From: Spirochaetaceae bacterium
Lineage (GTDB): Bacteria > Spirochaetota > Spirochaetia > DSM-2461
Assembly (NCBI GenBank): GCA_965224705.1
Contig: OZ245056.1
Location: 2,400,001 to 2,464,000, forward strand
DNA length: 64,000 bases
Direction of reading: 5' to 3'
Shown here: one piece after another, positions 58,450-64,000 of the stretch
How positions within the stretch are numbered: position 1 is the stretch's first letter
How the letters are laid out: each line of letters starts with the position of its first letter
The notes under the pieces: generated by a model
The model's input: the letters and a program-made list of their open reading frames with translations, nothing else
Told to the model about the DNA's origin: nothing
Database searches by the model: none
Translations under genes and position numbers: made by a program

Positions 58450-59709
58450 TTATTCACTCCCATCTTTGTCAGAACTGACATTATTTTCCTGGTTTGCATC
58501 TTCCTTCTTCTTTTTCTTTTCTTTAGTTGTATTGGAACTTTTGGTTCTGGTTTTTCCAGGGGCTGTTGTTTTTGTCTTCGCGGCAGCTTTTGCCCTGTCG
58601 GAAGTCTCTGCTATGTCAGAAGCCTCCACCCTGTCGGAAGTTTCCTCTATGTCGGAAGTCTCCGCTATGTCGGAAGTTTCCGCTATGTCAGAAGTTTCCG
58701 CTATGTCGGAAGCCTCCGCTATGTCAGAAGTCTCTGCTATGTCGGAAGCCTCCACCATGTCGGAAGTTTCCGCTATGTCAGAAGTCTCTGCTATGTCAGA
58801 AGTCTCTGCTATGTCAGAAGTCTCTGCTATGTCAGAAGTCTCCGCTATGTCGGAAGTTTCCGCTATGTCGGAAGTTTCCACCATGTCAGAAGTCTCCGCT
58901 ATGTCAAAAGACTCCACCCTGTCGGAAATGGTTATGGAGTTCTTTTCCAGGGTGTCTGTTTCAGTAATTGGTTCTGCCTGGAGTTCCTCATCGTCATCCT
59001 GTAAAGTTTCTATAACCTTCAGTCCCTGTTCATTGTCAGCTTCAATAACGGCGTTGGCAATGACCTGGGTAAACAGGTTGATTGCTCTAATTGCATCATC
59101 ATTACCCGGGATCGGGAAGTCAATTCCCTCAGGATTGCAGTTCGTGTCAACGATCGCTATAATAGGGATCCCCATACGCCGAGCTTCAGCAACCGCTATC
59201 GCTTCCTTTCTTGTATCAATAACGAACATGACTCCCGGGAGATCATTCATATTCTTGATACCGCCGAGATTCTTTTCCAGTCGGCCTTTTTCCTTGAGCA
59301 ATTTGGCTACTTCTTTCTTGGTAAGTTGATCAAAGGTACCATCAATCTCCATCTTTTCAAGTTTTTTCAGCCTTAAAAGTGATCTCTTGATAGTACTGAA
59401 ATTGGTCAGCATACCACCCAGCCAGCGATTGTTTACGTAGAACATTTCACAACGCTCAGCTTCATTTTTGACCGAAGCCTGGGCCTGTTTCTTCGTTCCG
59501 ACAAACAATACCGATTGACCGGCCAGAACCGTTTGCCGGACAAGATCGTATGAATTCTTGATGGCAATTATGGTCTTTTGTAAGTTGATAATATGAATCC
59601 CATTCCTCTTGGTGAAGATGTATTTATTCATTCTGGGATCCCAGCGACGGGTGTGATGACCGAAATGGACACCAGATTCCAACAGGTTCTTCATGGTTAC
59701 AACAGCCAC
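58450..59709 (-). CDS. rpsB: 30S ribosomal protein S2 with a long repetitive C-terminal tail
   Basis: [46 protein letters not shown] start with GAGGAGG RBS. Confidence 0.98.
   Translation of the reverse strand: MAVVTMKNLLESGVHFGHHTRRWDPRMNKYIFTKRNGIHIINLQKTIIAIKNSYDLVRQTVLAGQSVLFVGTKKQAQASVKNEAERCEMFYVNNRWLGGMLTNFSTIKRSLLRLKKLEKMEIDGTFDQLTKKEVAKLLKEKGRLEKNLGGIKNMNDLPGVMFVIDTRKEAIAVAEARRMGIPIIAIVDTNCNPEGIDFPIPGNDDAIRAINLFTQVIANAVIEADNEQGLKVIETLQDDDEELQAEPITETDTLEKNSITISDRVESFDIAETSDMVETSDIAETSDIAETSDIAETSDIAETSDIAETSDIAETSDMVEASDIAETSDIAEASDIAETSDIAETSDIAETSDIEETSDRVEASDIAETSDRAKAAAKTKTTAPGKTRTKSSNTTKEKKKKKEDANQENNVSSDKDGSE
58594..58927 (-). repeat. 18-bp tandem repeat (~18.5 copies) encoding (SDIAET)n in rpsB
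   Basis: Unit ~TGTC(G/A)GAAGT(C/T)TC(C/T)GCTA; anchors run from 58596 to 58920 at an exact 18-bp period. Confidence 0.97.
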
Positions 59710-59726
59710 GAACCTTCCTCCTCATT

Positions 59727-59830
59727 TCTACGAAGCATGAACGGCGTAGAGACTGAATTATTTCTCGGTGAATAAGCACCGGAAGATTTTGGCTCTGATT
59801 TATTCAGGCCAGACCGGTATTCTACCAGTC
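59727..59830 (-). promoter_or_regulatory. Structured 5' leader of rpsB (four stem-loops), candidate S2 autoregulatory element
   Basis: Hairpins at 59812-59830, 59790-59811, 59766-59781 and 59727-59750, between the promoter and the RBS. Confidence 0.55.
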
Positions 59831-59836
59831 ATTATC

Positions 59837-59865
59837 AATATGGCATACAGTACCTGAAATGACAA
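59837..59865 (-). promoter_or_regulatory. Putative sigma70 promoter of rpsB-tsf
   Basis: Minus strand: TTGTCA, 17 nt, CATATT, preceded by TGn. Confidence 0.55.
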
Positions 59866-60013
59866 GCTCTGTTTTCAGTATTTGTGGATTAAAGTCTATA
59901 TCACGATTTTGATAATCAAATACTGCTGGTTATTCCTGCATGGCTATGCTGTTTCCCAGGTATGGTAACATGGTCTGTATCATAAAAAACGATTGAGTTG
60001 TGTGCCAATTGAG

Positions 60014-60042
60014 TTGCCTGTTCACCTGGGAACGGCTATAAT
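60014..60042 (+). promoter_or_regulatory. Putative sigma70 promoter of the cheW operon
   Basis: TTGCCT (60014-60019), 17 nt, TATAAT (60037-60042). Confidence 0.65.
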
Positions 60043-60063
60043 GCAGAGTAATCAGGAGAACTT

Positions 60064-60528
60064 ATGGCAGGATCTGAAACAGCTATGCAGGCAGTAACTT
60101 TCCAATTGGGTGTCGATAACTATGGCATTGATATTATGAGTGTCCAGGAGATAGTTGACTGTAATGAGATCCGCAGAATACCACATGTACCAGACTATAT
60201 TGAAGGTCTTTACAATCTTCGGGGGGATATCCTGCCAATTATAAATCTCCATAAACGATTTGATTTAAAAAAAGCAAAAGATATACAGAATGATTCATTG
60301 CTCATTCTCAATATGGGAGATGTGCAGTTTGGTATAATAATTGACAAAGTTCTAAGGGTTATTTCAATCAATACGGATGAGATCCAGAATCCTCCTCAAA
60401 TGCTTTCGGGAATTGGGGTTGAATACATTCAGGGGGTTGTCCATCAGGAAGACGGTTATCTTATACTACTGGATTGCAGTCATCTTTTCCAACAGGATGA
60501 ATTGAGTAAAATCAACCACTATTCATAA
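60064..60528 (+). CDS. cheW: Chemotaxis coupling protein CheW
   Basis: VTFQLG...YGIDI..VQEI, IP.VPDYIEG..NLRG.ILPIINL, GIIID.V. Confidence 0.95.
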   Translation: MAGSETAMQAVTFQLGVDNYGIDIMSVQEIVDCNEIRRIPHVPDYIEGLYNLRGDILPIINLHKRFDLKKAKDIQNDSLLILNMGDVQFGIIIDKVLRVISINTDEIQNPPQMLSGIGVEYIQGVVHQEDGYLILLDCSHLFQQDELSKINHYS

Positions 60529-61559
60529 TGCCCATTCCCGTATTTAAGCCATCCATAAGAAGAAGAGATATGCATTCAGTTCTGGAATGTCTGGTGACCG
60601 ATGTTATTGGTCCAGCCAGTATAGCTGAAGAGTTGGTAGACACAATTGTGAAAACCTACATGTTTTCTGGTGGAGCTGCACTCAGGGAATATGTAAGGGC
60701 AATTGAAGTCGTCTTTGGTACTCTTGATCTCAAAAGGGGAGATAAAATAATGATCTCCTCCCTTGCACCTGGTGCGTATGGAAATGCCATTAAACGCTCT
60801 GGACTTTCTCCCGTATTGGTGGATGTTATTGAGGATAACGCCTGTCCGGATCCAGATTCAGCACGCAAAGCCCTAAAAGAGAATATCAGGGCAATGGTTA
60901 TCCATGCTCCCCTCGGAAGAGTCCCCGATATGAATTTTTTCTATGAAACAGGCATCCCGGTTGTTATTGATATTGGTGAAGCACTGGGCGCAAAGGAAAT
61001 CGATGGATTCCTTGGGCAGGAAGCCGCAATCGTTGTATTACCAATGGAAACAGACGGTATTGCAACGACCGGGGGTGGAACCATTATCATGGCGAAAGAA
61101 AAGGCATGTTATCTTAAGATGCGTTCAGAGCTGAACGATCTGAATCCCGATGCTTTTCTTCCAGATCTCAATGCCTCTCTTGGTATTGTGCAATGGCGGG
61201 ATTATCACAAAGCACTGGATGAACGTAGAACCATATATGAAGCTTATATGCAGTCGCTGATGAAAGGGAACCATCGGACTTTTAACAGTCCTGAAGATGA
61301 ACTCTATCAACCGGTGCCTTATTCCTTTCCTGTTGTTGTTAAGAGTCCAATGAATGAAGTTCGCCGATATGCAGGGAAAAAAGGTGTTGAGGTATTACCG
61401 GCTTTCTCAGGCCGCTTACTGGAGAAAATTCCCACAGCCGATCAATTATGCCCGAAAGCACGATCCTTAACTCTAAGTACAGTTCTGTTTCCATTATATC
61501 CGACATTGGGCAAAAAAAATGTTCAACTCATCATGAAAGTCCTGTCAACATTGCCTTAG
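60528..61559 (+). CDS. DegT/DnrJ/EryC1/StrS-fold protein, probably catalytically degenerate
   Basis: IP..KP N-terminus, GD.I, G..PVLVDV, VIDIGEALGA, FPLYP.L; the PLP-lysine motif is altered. Confidence 0.8.
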   Translation: MPIPVFKPSIRRRDMHSVLECLVTDVIGPASIAEELVDTIVKTYMFSGGAALREYVRAIEVVFGTLDLKRGDKIMISSLAPGAYGNAIKRSGLSPVLVDVIEDNACPDPDSARKALKENIRAMVIHAPLGRVPDMNFFYETGIPVVIDIGEALGAKEIDGFLGQEAAIVVLPMETDGIATTGGGTIIMAKEKACYLKMRSELNDLNPDAFLPDLNASLGIVQWRDYHKALDERRTIYEAYMQSLMKGNHRTFNSPEDELYQPVPYSFPVVVKSPMNEVRRYAGKKGVEVLPAFSGRLLEKIPTADQLCPKARSLTLSTVLFPLYPTLGKKNVQLIMKVLSTLP

Positions 61560-61578
61560 TTCTATATCCTATGGTGAA

Positions 61579-62424
61579 ATGAAGGATACAACTGTAATTG
61601 TCTATAATCAGGCCAGCATTCCTGCCGCCTCACTTTACGAAGAAATGAAAGTATGGATGGAGAAACGCGGTATTTCTGTCAGTGGCTGTAATTCACATTC
61701 GTGTCAATTCGGGGATGCTGATTCGGATGCCCAGTTTGCGGTTTCATTGGGAGGAGATGGCACTTTTCTTTCCTGTGCTCGCGCAGTATCCCATCGGCCC
61801 ATCCCGATTTTGCCGGTTCACCTGGGAACATTCGGGTTCATTACAGAAGTAACCGGAGATGAGTGGGCTGAAGTTCTTGAATTGTGGCTGGAGGGACAAC
61901 TGGGTATAGAGGAACGTCTGGTTGTTGATGTTGAATTAATACGTGCTGAGAATTGTATAGCCCGGTTCACCGGTGTGAATGATGCGGTTGTGAATACTGC
62001 TGGAATGAGCAAAATCATTCGGCTTTCAATTCAGCTGGGCGGGTTTGATGCGGGACGTTTTCTTGGGGATGGAATAATACTCTCGACTCCGACTGGTTCA
62101 ACAGCCTATTCCATGGCTTCAGGCGGCCCTATTATGGTCCCTTCCATGCCTGCCATGGTTCTTACTCCGATCTGTCCGTTTTCCCTTGCCTGGCGGCCAA
62201 TGGTCATTCCCTCCAGGGATGAAATTGTTATTAATATTGAACCGAATCAACGAGCCAGTCTTCTTTTAACAATTGATGGTCAGGAATCACACCCCCTTGA
62301 GGAGGGTGATTTGGTCAGCATTTCTGGAAGACCGGGTGGAGTTAAACTGATACAATCAAATAAGCGCCGATTTTATGAAGTTGTTAGATCTAAACTAGGT
62401 TGGTCTGGAGGCCCATATGCTTGA
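61579..62424 (+). CDS. nadK: NAD kinase
   Basis: LGGDGTFL, GTFGF, ND, DG.I.STPTGSTAYS..SGGP, TPICP, DGQ. Confidence 0.96.
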   Translation: MKDTTVIVYNQASIPAASLYEEMKVWMEKRGISVSGCNSHSCQFGDADSDAQFAVSLGGDGTFLSCARAVSHRPIPILPVHLGTFGFITEVTGDEWAEVLELWLEGQLGIEERLVVDVELIRAENCIARFTGVNDAVVNTAGMSKIIRLSIQLGGFDAGRFLGDGIILSTPTGSTAYSMASGGPIMVPSMPAMVLTPICPFSLAWRPMVIPSRDEIVINIEPNQRASLLLTIDGQESHPLEEGDLVSISGRPGGVKLIQSNKRRFYEVVRSKLGWSGGPYA

Positions 62425-64000
62425 GGAGCTTAGAGTTAAGAATTATGCACTGATTGATGATTTAACTGTATGCTTTGAGCCAGGATTCAATGTTCTTACT
62501 GGAGAAACGGGTGCCGGTAAATCCATTCTTATTGATGCACTGTCTCTTGTCCTTGGAGGAAAGAGTAAGGGTGATGGTGTACGTCAGGGAGCCAGTGAGG
62601 CTGAAGTAACGGCGATTCTAAAAACAACAAACTCGCCTGAATTACAGGAATGGATCAGAAAGTATTCAATACAGCCGGAAGATGATACCCTCCTGCTGCG
62701 ACGTGTAATAAAGCCAAATGGGCGTGGGGCTTTCAGTATTCAGGCTGTACCTGTAACACGAACAGCGTTGGAAGAGCTTGCAGGATTTCAGGTAGACATA
62801 CATGGACAACACGAACACCAGTCACTTTTCCAGATCTCAACACATCGTAAACTTCTTGACCGATTTGCTGGCTTGGAGGAAAGGGTCAGCGTTTATACAG
62901 AGCAGTATCTAAAGCTTTCAGCACTGAGTAAGCGTATTGATGAATTGAATCGGGGGAAGGAAACTCTGGAACGTGAGATTGAATTTCTTCGGCATGCTGT
63001 TGAGGAAATAGAATCAGCGGAGCTTCGTGAAGGAGAAGAGGAGGAATTGGTTGAGCGGCAGAAAATTCTTTCACAGCATGAAGAATTGGCACGAAGCCTG
63101 GAAAGAGCTGTTGATGCAGGTGCTGAATCCCGTAACGGAGCGGCAGCTTTCCTGAGAAAAACAATGGAACAGCTCAATGGAGCAGTGAAAATAGACCAGA
63201 GATTTTCTGATCTCCTAAAACGCTGTGAAGGGGTATTCTATGAAGTCGAAGATATAGTTGACGAAATCAGAGGACGGCAGAATTCTGTTGTTTTTGATCC
63301 GGAAGAATTGGAAGAAAATGAAGATCGTCTGACTAAAATCAGAAATCTTGAAAGAAAATACAGTGCCGCTACAGTACACGGTGTACTTGATTACTCCAGA
63401 AATGCCCGCATTAAACTCGATAAATTGAAAAATCAGGATGGTGAAATCCAATCCTTGAGTAAGGAAAGAAAACTATTGCAGGAAAGCGTCAAAGCTGAGG
63501 CTTTATTGATCAGTCGGAAAAGAAAATCTGCGGCTCTGTCGTTCGAGAAAAAAGCTGAGAAGCATTTACATGACCTGGGGATGGTTGATGCTCGTTTTAC
63601 TGTTTCATTAGAGAACAAACTCAGTGATGATGGTCGGCAGGTTATCAGCCCCCATGGAGTGGACAGTATTGAATACCTCCTGTCGGCAAATCGCGGAGAA
63701 CGGGCAAAGCCAATAAAAATGGTCGCTTCCGGAGGTGAACTCTCCCGTGTAATGCTGGCATTGAAAACAGTCCTGGGTGAATCGGATCCAGTACCTTCGA
63801 TGATCTTTGATGAAGTGGACTCAGGAATTGGCGGTGAAGTTGCCCGATCTGTGGGAGAGCATCTCAGCAAACTGTCCAGGAGAAAGCAGGTGTTCTGTGT
63901 CACTCATCTTGCCTCAATAGCCGTTTTTGCGGATAATCACTTACAGGTAATGAAAACCATAGTTGATGGGCGAACTCTAATCAGGATAAATAGAGTTGAG
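62417..64000 (+). CDS. recN: DNA repair protein RecN (3' end truncated by the window)
   Basis: Not in the track. Manual translation: MLEELRVKNYALID...TGETGAGKSILIDAL, IHGQHEHQ, ASGGELSRVMLA, FDEVDSGIGG, VTHL; the C-terminal motifs are in frame with ATG 62417. Confidence 0.96.
   Translation, partial: MLEELRVKNYALIDDLTVCFEPGFNVLTGETGAGKSILIDALSLVLGGKSKGDGVRQGASEAEVTAILKTTNSPELQEWIRKYSIQPEDDTLLLRRVIKPNGRGAFSIQAVPVTRTALEELAGFQVDIHGQHEHQSLFQISTHRKLLDRFAGLEERVSVYTEQYLKLSALSKRIDELNRGKETLEREIEFLRHAVEEIESAELREGEEEELVERQKILSQHEELARSLERAVDAGAESRNGAAAFLRKTMEQLNGAVKIDQRFSDLLKRCEGVFYEVEDIVDEIRGRQNSVVFDPEELEENEDRLTKIRNLERKYSAATVHGVLDYSRNARIKLDKLKNQDGEIQSLSKERKLLQESVKAEALLISRKRKSAALSFEKKAEKHLHDLGMVDARFTVSLENKLSDDGRQVISPHGVDSIEYLLSANRGERAKPIKMVASGGELSRVMLALKTVLGESDPVPSMIFDEVDSGIGGEVARSVGEHLSKLSRRKQVFCVTHLASIAVFADNHLQVMKTIVDGRTLIRINRVE

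Noticed and set aside
58594..58927. Similarity between the rpsB 18-bp unit (CTGTCGGAAGTC) and the element TIR (CTGTCGGA, CGGAAGTC)
   Set aside because: The matches are only 8 bp, which is compatible with chance; there is no further alignment.
58466..59329. Antisense ORFs (MSEVSA)n and Cys-rich (CRKSPL)n over rpsB
   Set aside because: They are shadow frames kept open by the 18-bp repeat; the rpsB frame explains the sequence.
59953..60032. 9-bp inverted repeat TTCCCAGGT / ACCTGGGAA in the rpsB-cheW divergent region
   Set aside because: It is short and widely spaced (62 bp), with no recognised operator consensus; insufficient evidence.

Overview
This is an ordinary chromosomal segment of a spirochaete (Spirochaetaceae-like; it has a FlbB collar protein, spirochaete-type FliL/FlgE and Treponema/Borrelia-like gene order). 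About 41.5 kb (720-42263) is one uninterrupted + strand run: dcw genes (mraZ rsmH ftsL murF mraY ftsW ftsQ ftsA ftsZ), xerD, a TPR lipoprotein, dprA, xerC, hslVU, then the flagellar basal-body/hook/motor/export cluster (flgB to flhG, fliA, a FapA-like gene). After that come ilvBN, a DAHP synthase, an M23 peptidase, hisI, rpsF-ssb-rpsR-rplI-dnaB-comFB-like, a reverse-strand rpsB-tsf-frr-uppS-cdsA-rseP-beta-propeller operon, and cheW-DegT-like-nadK-recN (truncated by the window). No transposase, prophage, rRNA, tRNA or CRISPR array is visible. The most notable non-routine signal is a 161-bp palindromic MITE-like element present three times: once between ssb and rpsR, and as a tandem pair after rseP. 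It has 15-bp terminal inverted repeats and compensatory base changes. At both loci it sits directly after a CTAG that contains the host gene's stop codon, and it has a stop-free frame with a 165-bp (55-codon) insertion unit. Other points: a one-base frameshift in fliL, an 18-bp VNTR encoding an acidic tail on S2, structured rpsB and rpsF leaders, a small ORF with a strong RBS between ftsA and ftsZ, Ser instead of Cys at the FlgE lysinoalanine site, and a DegT-family protein lacking the PLP lysine. All calls are by eye and from recalled family motifs; no searches were run.
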